Assembly (NCBI GenBank): GCA_043228905.1 | Contig: JBHGNT010000007.1 | Coordinates: forward strand, 15,500,001-15,564,000 | Source of the DNA: Azolla caroliniana | Lineage: Eukaryota > Plantae > Polypodiophyta | Reading direction: 5' to 3' | Length of the DNA stretch: 64,000 nt | Shown here: piece after piece, positions 24,845-38,393 of the stretch | How the letters are laid out: the number at the start of each line of letters is the position of its first letter | Position numbering within the stretch: position 1 is the first letter of the stretch | Made by a program: the position numbers and the translations under genes | The notes under the pieces: generated by a model | Databases searched by the model: none | The model's input: only the letters and a program-made list of their open reading frames with translations | What the model was told of the DNA's origin: nothing

Positions 24845-25841
24845 TCACCAACTACGCCTCCAACTCCGACTACGACGATCGTGGCTGAATGTTTGTAATG
24901 AGGCACAGAGCGAATTCAATATCAATCTCCAACCTGACCAACACCTCCAACTCAGAAGATGTATGGTTTGTCGACTCGGGTGCATCCAATCACATGACGT
25001 CTCATAAAGATTGTTTCGAGAGCTACGACCGCCTAAACAACTCGACTATGTGGAAATTGGGGATGACACAATTCACCCCATTCAACATGTTGGTAATATC
25101 CCATTTGACAAAGAGGGCAACTAGACCTACATCAAGAACGTCTTGCATGTTCCAACAATAACGAAGAATCTGGTCTCTGTTGGTTAGATTGTGGAACAAG
25201 GCATGCACGCTTGGTTCAATGACGGAGGATTCTTCATAGAAAAGGAAGGCTGAATTATTGCTCGCGGTCGAAGAGAAGGTTGGATGTTCATCCTCGATTC
25301 TCGTGAGATGAAATCGGCAATGTTTGCCAAAGGCCATAACACCAACAACGACATAGAGTTGTGACACAAAAGAATAGGCCACACCGATCTCCAAAAGCTC
25401 AAAGGAATGCAATCGAAAGGAGTTGTCATCGTACTCCCGACCTTTACTAAGAAGGAGATTGCAGGCATATGCGAAGCTTGTCAATTCAGCAAATATCATC
25501 GACAACCGTTCCCGAAAGAGAGTAACGTGAGAAAAGGGATCCTGTATGTAATACATTCAGATGTTTGGGGACCAACCCAAATGACAACATTCGGTGGTTG
25601 CCAATACTATGTGACGTTCATTGATGACTGCTCCAGGCACACCTAGATATTCCCTATGTGGCAGAAGAGTGAAGTGTTCTCGCACTTCCATAAATTCAAA
25701 AGTGAAGTCGAAAAGGCAACCGGACGTCATGTAGGGTGCCTTCGGTCGGATGACGACAAAGAGTACTTCTCCGATGCCTTCACAATATACCTTCTAGAAG
25801 AAGGAATCCAACATGAGTTTACTTTCCGACACACACCTCAG

Positions 25842-28800
25842 TGTCGAATACGAGTGTATAATGACCGTATTCACACTGTCCCTTTAGACAACCCAAGTTC
25901 GGGCTATTTCTGTAAATAGCATAAAGGGTAGTTGCCCTAGGATAGTCACTATATAAAGTTACTTTGTAATCTTTAGTGAAGGTTGGTTGTCATTTGTAAC
26001 GGTTGCTATTGGAATATAACGTTTCCTTTGTGCATCTCTCTCTCTCTCTCTCTCTCCCCCTCTGTGTCTATCTTGCTCATCCATACACAGATTCCTTCAT
26101 CACGAATGTTGCTTGCACTTCCGCATTGACGGCCTTGTCCCCAACATTTGGTATCAAAGAGTTGGAGGTTCTTCAACCCGCTGCCGGCCGTCATCGCACA
26201 ACACAACATTCTGTTTTCGTTTTCTTTGAAGAACAGAGAAGGGAGAAGAAAAACAAAAAGCTCGCATCTCACTGTGTTAAATCACAAATTGGAGTACACC
26301 AGTCGGTTGTACTCTATTCATGAGATTGTAACCGCTTGAGGGGAGATCCTTGAGCAACAACCAACCACTTCGTGCTTCACTTGGCCGATCAACATTTGGG
26401 AGGATCAGTTGGATCCGTCCCTCTCATCGCTACAGTCATCCGAAGCAGAATCGACCCAAACAATCAGTTTCGTGTAATCAGTATTCGGCATACAATCGGA
26501 AGCTAACCGGGCTCACTCCGACTTGGCAACATTTGGGAAGACCAACTGGTTTTGTCCCTCAAGTTACCGGAGTCACTCCGAGCAAGTTCAGCAACAAGTA
26601 TCCGAAACCAAACCGACTCGGGTTCAAAACCGACTAGAACGATATCAGGTGAGCCGACCGGCTGCACCCCACTAGGGTTCGTAGTCAACTCCGAACCGAG
26701 TCTTACCAACCGAAACCGAAGCAGATGGCATCAACATTTAGCTCATTGGAGATGAGTCTAAGGAGGTTCGATGGTTTGAACTTCAACTTCTGGAAGGAAC
26801 AAATGCAAGACTATCTCATAGTCAAGGGTCAAATAGACCCGATTGAGAATGAAAATCCTCCAGAAGCATACAAGGCAAACGAGTGGCTAAAGCTGGACAG
26901 AATCATCCGCGCCACAATTCGGATGCACTTGTCGGAGTCAGTGTACTTCATAGTGCAATCATGCACGACGGCATTTGAACTTTGGAAAACACTGTCGGAA
27001 ACTTATGAAAAGAAGGTTGCCGCAATGAAGATGTATCTGATCCGACGCCTCTACAACTTGCGGATGAAAGAATCCGATTCGGTTCAGGCACACCTCAATG
27101 AGTACGAAAGCATAAGATCCCAAATCTCGTCTTAGGGGACGACAATCGAGGATGAACTTAGAGCAATGATACTCATGAGTAGTCTCCCCTCTTCATGGGA
27201 AACTTTCATTACAACCGTGTGCAATGCTTCAACAGCTGCAGTTAAGTACTCCGAAGACACGAGCGCAATCCTGACTGAAGCAGCTCGGAGAAAGTCTTTC
27301 GCCAAAGACTCGGAAAATGAAGCTTACGTAGTACAAGGTTCGACTGACTGATCGAACAACCGGGGAAGAAGTTCTTCCCAACCGCCGAACAATCAGCGAA
27401 GCCGGAGCAAGTCCCGGGACAACCGAATTTGCAACTACTGCAAGAAACCGGGACACAACAAAGCCGTCTGCCGAGCACTCAAAGAAAAAACCGACAAAGC
27501 TCAGAGAGTGGATCAGAAGAGTAGCCGGCTTGAGAAGGTCAACTATGTCGGCTCTTCAGCCGAAATTTTGACGACCGACCCAAACATACTGTCCATAGAG
27601 AACCCAGTCGAATCAGAAGTTCTGCTTACGACTGAGGAATCGAGCACATGGCTCCTGGACTCGGGCGAATCATATCATGTGACACCTCACCGATCTCAGT
27701 TTTAGCAATACTCGGACTGACCCTCCGACTCAGTTCGAGTTGGAAACTCGCAACACTGTGCTATAATCGGAATCGGCACCATAGAGCTCAATCTTCCAGG
27801 AGGCTCTACACTCGTACTACACAACGTCTGACACGTTCCTAAGCTTTCAAGACCCTTGATCTCAGACGGACAACTTGATGAAGCCGACATCCGTGCCAGA
27901 TTCTCATCAGGAGGGTGGACACTCTACAAAGGGAACCTCCTGCTTGCTCGAGGACCAAAGGTACATTCCTTGTATCCTTTATATGTCACACTCAAAGAGG
28001 GTGACTTATTTTTGGTTGATATCCCCGTGTCATCGTTATGGCACGGACGACTTGGACACCTCAGCAAGGCCGGCATAACGCACCTATCCAGAGCCGGTTA
28101 CATCCCCAAACTCTCCTTCTCGGATCACCAATTCTGCGAGCATTGCCAGTACGGCAAACAAGTAGCCACATCACACTCGACATCAGCACCAAGAGAATCG
28201 AGTCCCCTCGCTTTGGTCCACTCGGACGTCTATGGCCCGATGCCACATCAATCTCTCGACGGTGCTTCGTACTTCATCAGTTTTATTGACGACTCGACTC
28301 AGAAGGTGTGGGCTTACCCCATCAGAACCAAAGATCGGGTGCTCTCGATCTTCTTCGAATGGCTTGCAATGGTCGAAAATCAGATCGGTCGGAAACTGAA
28401 ATGTCTTCGAACCGACAATGGAGGAGAATTCAAGTCTGAAGAATTCGTCAAATTCTACTGGGAACACGGCATTTGACGTGAATATACGACACCCTATAGT
28501 TTGAAGTAGAACGGAATTGCTGAACGCATGAATCAGACGATTCAAGAACGCGTAGTATCCATGCTCCAACACTCCGGACAGTCGGATGGCTTCTGGGCAG
28601 AGGCTCTACTTACGACAGTACACATAATAAATATGTCGCCAAGTAGACCTGTAGGACTTCAAATACCTCAGGAAATATGGACCGACAATAAGCCGAATTA
28701 TGACAAACTGAGGATCTTCGGTTGCGAGGCGTATGCTCTCATACCGAAAGACGACCGCCGGAAACTTGAACCAAGGTCAAGGAAATGTGTTTTTCTTGGA

Positions 28801-31800
28801 TATGGACCCGACGGCGAGATCAGATACTGACTCTGGGACCCCGAGCACAGACAAATCATCTGAAGTTTGGAAGTCGTGTTCAACGAATTGGCTATGCATA
28901 AAACGACCGAAAGGCCTACTGAATTCTGAAGGGTAATATTTTCCGAAGTGCCAACCCTTCATGACGGCCCAGCCCACAACACGAGATCGGTTTCACGGGT
29001 AACCGACAACTCTCGCGCCGAATCCACCGATTTGGCACAACCGAATGGCTCGGCTCCCGACCATCCGAGATTGACACCCGGTGCGACTAGTCCAGTCATA
29101 CCTCGCAAATCCGAGAGACTGTTGCAACCTCCGGAGAGGTACTCTCCTAGAATTTTCTTTACCGACGTCGGCGAACCGACGTCTTACAAAGAAGCAACGA
29201 CATCTACCAATTTAGCCACATGGTATCTGGCGATGGAGTCGGAAATGCACTCCATTCGGGCAAACAAGACTTGGGACTTGGTCGAATTACTGAAGAATCG
29301 ACGTGCGCTTCCGTGTAAGTGGGTCTATCGACTAAAAGAGACGTCCGACTCGACCACCCCAAAGTACAATGCTAGATTAGTTGCGAAGGGATTTCGACAA
29401 GAATATGGCGTCGACTTCGACGAAATCTTTTCACTAGTGGTGAAAATGACAACCCTTCGTTTCATGCTCGGCGTCGTGGCCGCCGACAACTTGGAGCTGA
29501 TTCAGCTAAATGTAAAAACGACATTCCTCCACGGTGACCTACAAGAGGAAGTCTATATGGAGCAGCCGAAAGGCTTTGTGGCATCTGGCCAGGAAAATCT
29601 AGTCTGCCGACTCAAGAAGAGTCTCTACGGCCTGAAACAGGCACCCCGACAGTGGTACAAGAAGTTCGACAACTTCATCCAATCGGTTGGCTTCTCAAAG
29701 AGCGATGAGGACCACTGTCTCTTCACCAAAATAGTTCAAGACGGATCTCCCGTCTTCCTCATCATCTACCTGGAAGACATGCTACTCTCCGGTCGGCATG
29801 CCGGAGAGCTCACCGAACTCGTTCGGCAATTGCGGTTGAAGTTTTCCATGAAGGACCTCGGTCCGGCAAGACACATACTTGGTATGAAGATTAGTCAGTA
29901 TCGCAATACACAAAAACTTTTCTTGTCTCAAACTGACTACATCGGACGTGTCTTAGAACGCTTCAACATGTAATCCGCCAAGTCTACTTCGACCCCGCTC
30001 CCCATTAACCTTCGGTTGTCTCAGCGAGACTGTCCGACATCCGGTCCGCAAGGGGAAGATATGAAGTCGGTACCGTATGCACCAGCAGTCGGCTCCCTCA
30101 TGTACGCGATGGTCACGACACGACCTGATATTTCTCACGCCGTAGGAGTCGTAAGCAGATTCATCCACAACCTCGGCTGATCGCACTGGAACGCAGTCAA
30201 GCATGTGTTCAGATATCTAGTTGGCACAAAAGACCACGACATTCTTTTCGGCCCGAACTCAACCTTAGGCGTAGTCGGTTACACCGACTCGGACTTCGCT
30301 GGCTGTGTGGACAATTAGAAATCAACAACCAGATACTATTTCAAATTCGGCAATGGAGCAATCTCGTGGAAGTCAAAACTTCAGGAGTGCACAACCACGT
30401 CAACGACGCGGCAAAAGAAGCTTTATGGCTCGGTCGGCTGGCTCACACGTTTCGACAGGTCGACTCCAACTTGACTCCAGTTGTCTACAACGACAGTCAG
30501 GGTGCTGTTGCTTTGTCAAAAACTCCGGTTCACCACAACGCCTCTAAGCATATCGACGTTCGATATTACTTCGTTCGGGACTGCGTCATTTCAGGGAAAA
30601 TCGGTCTCGAGAAGATATCCACAACCGATAATGTCGTAGATGGAATTGTTGGGAGACAGGTCCCTCCGGATGGGAAGGGAGAAGAACAATGCTGATGAAC
30701 ATACTTGGCCGAGGCCGATAGGCCGAGGCCGAAACCGTATGAGGAGTACCCGGCTACAGAGAGCTGGATGGTGCAGACCCGGTGAGAAGTCCTCACCGGA
30801 TGAAGAGACATATTCGTAAATATGTTTCTGAGAGCCCATCATGGCTATATTTGTAAATAGCCGAAAAGTCATATTAGTATAAATATGACTTAGGGCAAAC
30901 TTTTAGACTACTGTTGTTGTCATATTCTTGTTGGTGCAAGGATAGAGTGAGCGCGTAACTGTGTACAGAGAGAGAGAGAGTGAGAGGAAGAGGTCGCTGC
31001 CTCTGTTGTAACCGCCGCTTGTGGCGAAGATCGTGAGCACGAGGTCGTTGCCTCCGTGAACTCACTGTTGTACATTCTAACATAGTGATAGTTTGCAGCT
31101 TGTGGGCTGCCGTGGTTTTTCCCTTAGTTTGGGTTTTCCACGTAAACATCCTGTGTACCCTTCTCTTCTTTGTGTCGTGTTTTATTTCCCGTTTTCTGTG
31201 TATGATTCTAAGCTCGGTTGTGGCCGAGCGTTGCGCATAAGGAGCGTTTCAGTTCCCGTTAGGAATGACCAAGTGTCTTTCGGCGGATCGTTTCCGGGCC
31301 CTCTAGCACCAGATGGGCGTAACGAAAAATCGGTCCGGTTAAAGTTGGACACACAGGACAGGATGGTTTCGAACCACTGACATTGGTTCTCTGAGGATCG
31401 GCTTTAGCTCTTCCGACCCGACCGATTCGGTCTCCTATCTTCGGATCTTGCCGACTCTGACAAAACCGATATGTCCGATAAACCTTGTATATATACCTGT
31501 AATTATTTAAGATAACCCATGTATATGCCCATTACGGGGGAGTGTCGAATACGAGTGTATAATGGCCGTATTGACACTGTCCCTTTGGACAACCCAAGTT
31601 TGGGCTATTTTTGTAAATAGCATAAAGGGCAGTTGCCCTAGGATAGTCACTATATAAAGTGAGTTTGTAACCTTTAGTGAAGGTTGGTTGTCATTTGTAA
31701 CGGTTGCTATTGGAATATAACGTTTCCTTTGTGCGTCTCTCTCTCTCTCTCCCTCTGTGTCTATCTTGCTCATGCATACACAGATTCCTTCATCACGAAT

Positions 31801-31839
31801 GTTGCTTGCACTTCCGCATTGAGGGCCTTGTCCCCAACA
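25842..31839 (+). mobile_element. Copia K, full length, degenerate
   Basis: LTRs 25842-26146 and 31543-31839; TSD CTCAG; PBS TGGTATCAAAG 26149; PPT GGGGGAG before 31543; fragmented gag-pol from 26725 (FDGLNFNFWKEQM, WLLDSG, VHSDV, YNARLVAKGF). Confidence 0.93.
30647..31261 (+). mobile_element. Solo LTR of Copia A family inserted in the RNase H end of K
   Basis: Homologous to the A LTR; TSD GGAAT (30642-30646, 31262-31266); one 54-bp unit; 3' end GTTA (CA mutated). Confidence 0.93.
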
Positions 31840-34261
31840 CTCAGTAGAACGGAGTAGCCGAATGAAAGAACTGGCACATACTCGAGGTGGCAAGGGCAAT
31901 GATGAATGAGAAAAATCTGCCGAAATCATACTGGGCTGAAGTGACGTACACGACCATCTATCTAATGAATCGTTGCACAACATCAAGAGTGCATGATATT
32001 ACCCCCCACAAGAAGTTCTATGGAAAGAAGCTGGACTTATCCCATGTTAGGATATTTAGCTCTATTGCATTCGCACACATTCTCGATGAAAAATGACAAA
32101 AGCTCGATCCAAAATCAGAGAAGTGTATCCTCGTGGGGTACTCGCTCAAACAAAAAGGGTATAAGTGCTTCAACCAGTCTACCAAGAAGGTACGAGTGAG
32201 TAGGGATATATTATTCGATGAATCGGTATCCTGGTACACAGTCGACTCAACTCCAAGCAACCCAATTTAAACCGATTTCGAAATAGACTCGGAGGATGAT
32301 GATCGACTAAGGCTCACAATAGAGGAAAGTCCAATCTCAACCAGATTGAGTGGACCACAGGAGAGCCACCAAGCGACCACAACACATCATGGCCAAGTCC
32401 GAAATTGGACAAAGGAAAGGCCAAAATTCCTGAGTACGAAGACTCAAATGGAAATGAATTGGTTCACTCACTCGACAATGAGTATGGTGGATTGGAAGTT
32501 CCTATCCTGAAGACACCAGGAACCAAGAAAGCGTTCACGAAGACGAGTGAACAACCACGTCGCTCCACCCGAGAAAGGATGTGGTTAGCCAATTCAGCTA
32601 CAACGACTACATGGCATAGCATTATGCATTCATGATGAAGGTGGCGACAATTTGAGAGCCAGAAATTTTTTCCAAAGCCTTGAAGGACCCACGATGGGTT
32701 GAAGCGATGAACGAGGAGATGTAAGCACTCTCCAAGAACGAGACATGGGATCTCATCTCCTCTTCACCCCACCAAAAGGAAATCGGATTCCGGTGGATAT
32801 TCAAGGTGAAGCACAATGCCGACGGCACCGTCAATCGGTATAAGGCCCGGGTTGTTGCGGAGGGCATGCATAGAGACACGGGGTCGATTATGAAGAGACG
32901 TTTAACCTGGTGGCAAAGATGATAACCATCTGAACCATGATCGCCCTTCCCGCAGCAAAAGGGTGGCACCTTCACCAAATGGACGTAAATAACGCCTTTC
33001 TTCATGGTGAATTAGAGGAGGAGGTGTACATGGTACAACCACCTAGTTTCAAGTCAAGCACACATCCGCAAGTGGTATGCCGACTCAAAAAGCCTCTCTA
33101 CGGCCTCAAGTAGGCACCTAGAGCCTGACATTTGAAGATAACACAATATCTTCACCAAATTGGCTTTAAAATGTCCAAGTCTGACAATTCTTTGTTCATC
33201 TGAAGCGACTCCAAAGGATAGGCATTTATCATAATATATGATAGTGGATGACTTGGTCATTGGAGGCCATCATTTAGTAGATATTGATCATATCAAAAAG
33301 CTTCTCTCCGGCTTTTGAAACGAAAGACATGAAGGAGCTCCATTACTTCCTAAGAATAGAAGTCATACAGACTCTAGACGACATCATGATCTCCCAACGA
33401 CACCTTATCCTCAATCTTCCTTACAAGTTTGGGATGACAGAGTGTAAGCCCGTCACTACCCTCTCGATCGAAATCTAAAGCTAGATTCTGATTCCTGCAC
33501 AAAGGAGTGTGAGCTGAATTTCTATCGTCAGCTAGTCGGAAGCCTAATCTACCTCACCATTACACGACCTGACCTTAGTTACCATGTCGGCCTCCTTAAC
33601 CAGTTTATGTAGTCACCATGAAACATTCACATGGACTGTGCTAAGCGAGTGTTACGCTACGTAAGTGGGACGATGGATTACGGTGTACTCTACAAATCGG
33701 CCACACTGATTCAACTCAAAGGGTACACCGATGCCAATTGGGCTAGCTACAAAGCCAACAGACCATCCACATCGGCCTTCGTCTTCTCCCTTGGCAACGG
33801 AGCCATATCTTGGAGCAACAAGAAGCAACTCTGTCAAGCATAGAACTGAATACAGGGGCGCGACCGTCGCCGCATGTGGAGCCGTTTGGCTCAAAAGAAT
33901 ATTGAAGGAACTGAGCGTACCCATCAAGGATCCAATTCTCTTCTACTGTGACAACATGAGTAGTATTCATCTAGCTCGGAACCCAGTCTTTCATACTCGG
34001 ACCAAGCACATTGAGGTGCAATATCACTTCATCTAAGAGCGTGTCTTGACCGGAGATGTCGACTTGCAACACATTAATATGAATCTACAAACAACTGATA
34101 TCTTCACGAAGGCCTTGGGAGCTAACAAGCTGCAACAGTTCATGACGAACCTTGGTCTTTCGACCGCTCACCAACCAAGCTTGATGGGGAGTAAGGATAA
34201 AGAGCTGTCTGTAACGACGTTGAACGGAGCAGGGGCAGAATGAACATAAGAGTGAGTCGGC

Positions 34262-34720
34262 TATCGTGATGTGGTGCCATGGAAGGCATTAATAGCATGA
34301 CTGGTCTTCATGATAGTTGGAAGGTTTACAACATATGCAATGTCAAGGGATCATCTTAGATGAATAGCTGTCATGTTGGATCACTTGAAAAAGCAAAAAG
34401 AGGAGCAACGTGAGGACGTGTTGATCAAGTCAAGAAGATGCAACTTCAACGAAATTCTGGAGATGAAGTCACATACATGAACTGTTTGTTATGCTTCCCG
34501 TTCGAAAGATAGTCTACTTCAATGTTCTCATTATAGGATATGCTTCCAATTCAAAACCAAGTTGAATCTTCTGTCACAGTTGTAGGTACTATAAAAGCTA
34601 AATCTGCTACTAGCATTGGAGCATTAAAAAAGGGCAGAGAAATGCATGTAAAGATTGAGGAGATGGGCAGGCTGAAGAGAAACTAGGTTGTTGACAATGC
34701 ATTGTTTGATCTATATGATA
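34262..34720 (+). pseudogene. PLS-class PPR gene remnant
   Basis: Manual translation gives YRDVVPWKALIA* at ~34263 and VTVVGTIKA..TSIGALKKGREMHVKIEEMGRLKRN*VVDNALFDLYD at 34573-34719, matching PPR P, L and S motif consensus. Confidence 0.7.
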
Positions 34721-34723
34721 CGT

Positions 34724-35180
34724 TGTCGTGCCTTTCGGCACCGGATCATTTGTGTGAGTCGGGTGGGAACCGCTAGGGTTTTGGACAAGGAGGAGGAAGA
34801 ATTTGAGACAAGTTTATAGTTATGGATAGATTATTAGAAAGAGAGATAGAAACTTGTGAATCCCACGATTACATTTTATTAATTGGTGTTTTAGGGTTAG
34901 GAAATATATCCAATTTCCAAATATTCCACACACACCCATATTACATTGTGCTCCTCATCCTTATATAGTGATGAGAGAGTCTTAACAATCCATGCTTTTT
35001 CTATAGATAGACTCTATGCTTTCTCTAACATGCTTTTTCTAAAGTGATCCTACTTTTTCTAACTTGATGCGTTTTTATCGACTATGATGTTCATGCACGC
35101 TACATGTGCATGCGTAGCTTTTCCTTTTATCATGCGTTTTCTTCTAACTAAAGTTTATCCTAGCGTGAACTTACCTTTCT
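34724..35180 (-). mobile_element. Partial LTR, probably of the G/H/M Ty3 group
   Basis: Starts TGTCGTG as G and H do; minus-strand TATATAAG ~34960; other end not found. Confidence 0.45.
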
Positions 35181-36915
35181 ACGTGCCTTCATTCCCCATC
35201 CGGACACAGCCGTGATCACCGGCTGAGTAGGATGAGAAGCATTTCCGGTCCGGGGTAAGGTGGAACGACGCTCCGGAGTCGACCACCCAGGTCATCTCGT
35301 CGCCGGCAAGGTTTATCTCACTCTCCTTGGTGATGAGCATCAACTCTTCTTCACTTGCTGCGATTGCCGTCGTTCCCTTCCGGTCTTTATCGTTCCGGTC
35401 CGGTGTCCGCTTCGAATCGGTACCGTCGGTTCCTTGTCTTTACGAAAATGCCGACAGTTCTTCTGGAAGTGTCCCGGCTTGCCGCAATAGAAGCAAGTAG
35501 GCCTCCCCCTTGACTTTGACCGCGTCCCCGACTTTTCCTGGTTCTGGGGGCTACGGTTCCTTTGTCTTCCGCGTTCCGATTCGGTAAGGAGCGCTTTGGA
35601 GTTGGAGCTCGTATCCTTATCTTTTCGACGCGCCTCCTCATCTAGCAAGCTCAACTTCACTCTTGCTAGGGATAACCGTTTCCCTTCTGGCCCGGCGTTG
35701 CCCAAGGTGACAACCAATGTCTCCCAGCTGTCCGGGAGGGAACCGAGCAGGAGTAGCACTAGTACCTCATCGGTGAGAGGTACTTCCAATGATGTTGCCT
35801 GGTGGATCAGTCCCTGGAAGGCATTCATGTGCTCCGCCATGCTGGAGCCATCTTGGTACCGGAGTCTTACTAGCTTCCGGAATACCGAAACCTGATTGAC
35901 AGTATTTTTGTTTTGAAACATAATGCCGATCTTCTCCCAGAGCTCATGAGCCTTGCTCTCTTCATTGAAGTTGTTGTATAGGCTCATGTCGATGAAGCAC
36001 CGTATGTATGCCGTTGTCTTCATGTGCATCACCTCCCATATCGTGGCGTCGATTTTGTCCGGTCTCTTGTCCCCAAACTGAACCGGCAACCAAAGATCTT
36101 TAACCACGAGCATGTCCCTCATCTTTGACTTCCACACTGAATAGTTGGAGCTGGTGAGCTTGAACATGCCTCCCAACGAATCGTCCATTTTTTGTGTCGT
36201 TTTGCTCTGATACCACTTTGACAGGGACTACACGCTCCCTTTGAACAACGCTCGGCCCCAACCAAGCCTAGAATAAAACACAGGAAACAAGGAATGAAAC
36301 ACAACATGATAGAGAGAAGAGTACAAAGGATGTTTACGTGGAAAAACACAAACTCGGGGAAAAACCACGACAGCCCACAGACCGCAAACTATCACTATGT
36401 CAGAATGTACAATAAGAAGGCACCGAGGCCACGACCTCAAGCTTGTTATCTTCGCCACAGGCGGCGGTTACAATCAGAGGCAACAACCTCTTCCTCTCTC
36501 TCACTCTCTCTGTACACAGTTGCGCGCTCTGATCTTGTGCCAACAAGAATGACAACAACTATATAATCATAAGTTTGCCCTAAGTCATATTTATATTAAT
36601 ATGACTTTTCGGCTATTGACAAATATAGCCACGATGGACTCTCAAAAACATATTTACAAATATGTCTCTTCATCCGGTGAGCACTCCTCACTAGGCCTGC
36701 ATCATCCGGCGCTTGCCGGGTACTCGTCATCCGGTTCTCACCGGGTCTGCACCATCCGGCTCTTCGTAGCCGGGTACTCGTCATCCGGTTCTCACCGGGT
36801 CTGCACCGTCCGACTCTCCGTAGTCGGGTACTCGTCATCCGGTTTCGGCCTCGGCGAGTTTGCTCATTAGTACTGTTCTTCTCACTTCCCATCCGGAGGG
36901 ACCTATTTCCTAACA
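35181..36915 (-). mobile_element. Truncated Copia D (A family): 5' LTR 36219-36915, PBS, gag and start of protease
   Basis: ORF 35340-36188 MDDSLGGMFKLTSSNYSVWKSKMRD closely matches A Gag; PBS 36204-36215; LTR carries the 54-bp repeats. Confidence 0.92.
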
Positions 36916-37275
36916 GGTAGTACTACACGTCCAAAATGTATGAGGTAGTACTAGGCCACCTAAATATACAATGTATTCTAGTACTTAAGGAACTATACAC
37001 TTAATTGTAGAATGAAGTGTGTACTGTGCTAGTAAGGGCTAACATTTAATATACAATGTATTCTAGTACTAAACCAATTGTACACCTAATTGTAGAATGA
37101 AGTGTGTATTATGCTTGTACTAGCCCACCTAAATATAGAATGGGATTTAGTCATAGTAGCATGTCTAGTACTACAACAACTATACACCAATTTGTAAAAT
37201 TAGCTGTGATGAGTGCACCAGTACTAAACCACATAAATTTCGATACAAAATATAGTATTTGGAGCAACACCAGTA

Positions 37276-38364
37276 CTAAACCATTATTTTCCTAGTGTGT
37301 TGTATGAATTGTGGCCTATACTTGTACCATTCAACTCCAATTGTACTTTTACTGTCCATACATGTATTTTGTTTCTCAAAATGGTACTTAACACATAGAA
37401 AATGATATGTGTGTAAGCATGGTATAATGACAACATCCATAGCCTCAAGCTTGAATCCAAAGCCATAGAATACATACTTGCAGTAATGAGACACAAACTA
37501 CAATATATTAGCACAAATGATATTTTATACCATAGAAGGTCAAAAAAAATAAATATAAACCAATATCGTGATATAGTAATACTTGTAATGATACTTTCCA
37601 TGCCCGTTGGGTGCTCAACTATGTCTGGACACAAAGTATCTAAACCTTTTCCTCTTAGACCCTTCATCGAACATGCAAGGTTCTCAGAATGCAGCTTTAA
37701 GGTTGACAACTCATCATCAATTTCCACACGAGAGACCCCCATGTATAAAGATCTCTTCTGTGAGCATAATTGATTGCCCATATTTGTCAGCTCCTTCAAC
37801 TCCTTCTTCAACACATCGCTTTCAGAATTTTGGATCGTTGATGCAATCCATTCGTATGTAGTCGACATCAATGAGAATGGTTTCTCTACGACCATCTCAC
37901 CTGATGTAATTGCTTTGAAATCGGCAAGCAATGCTGTATTATTCTTTTCATGGCAGCTATGCAACTCAATCACAACTCTTCATGCTTTTCTGTTAGTGTG
38001 GCTCTTACTTTTGCAATCTTTTCATTCAACACAAGTGTCCTAGTTGGGATTTCAATATGAGAGGCACCATCATACTTCATAGTAGTGTTTGTACTACAGG
38101 ACCCTCTATAATGTGATGATCGGTGACGAGCAAAATTGTCCCAATCAACTTCAATGCCACCGTGAACTTCACATGCAAATGCACGTGCAAAAACCGTTCC
38201 TACCTCGTTGTTTATGACATGTTTAGTATCATAAACTTTTTCATATTGCGTCTTCAATTCGGTGATATAATTCTTCTTCAAGCAACTAATGTGAAATCCT
38301 CTCATTGAATCGGGTTGTGATGAGCCCCAGGTTTTCATCATCCACATGTGTAGGTTTTCATAAA
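37276..38364 (-). pseudogene. Decayed gene: unknown N-terminal domain, coiled coil, C-terminal RING-H2-like finger
   Basis: ORFs 37970-38347, 37284-37973 and 37276-37494 (PCLHTYHFLC...TC); probable AT-rich intron ~37480-37583. Confidence 0.5.
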
Positions 38365-38393
38365 TGTCAGGTCGTGCATGACGGAAATAACCT

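Larger units (their letters stand above)
18372..34200 (+). mobile_element. Decayed Copia J (related to element I), host of three insertions; LTRs not found
   Basis: Gag HPTWEQAASCMLYCLAS...WGNLKKIFAA; PR VWFVDSGASNHMT (24960); IN IHSDVWGP; RT/RNase H ...CDNMSSIHLARNPVFHTRTKHIEV. Continuous across TSDs CAAAA, TCACC and CTCAG. Confidence 0.85.

Noticed and set aside
31259-31261. TA terminus of the A-family solo LTR
   Set aside because: Other A-family LTRs end in CA; single C>T change, unlike the consistent TA in B.
34720-35184. ACGT at both ends as a TSD for a 460-bp insert
   Set aside because: The right ACGT belongs to the Copia D coding sequence, there is no CA terminus, and the flanks are unrelated.
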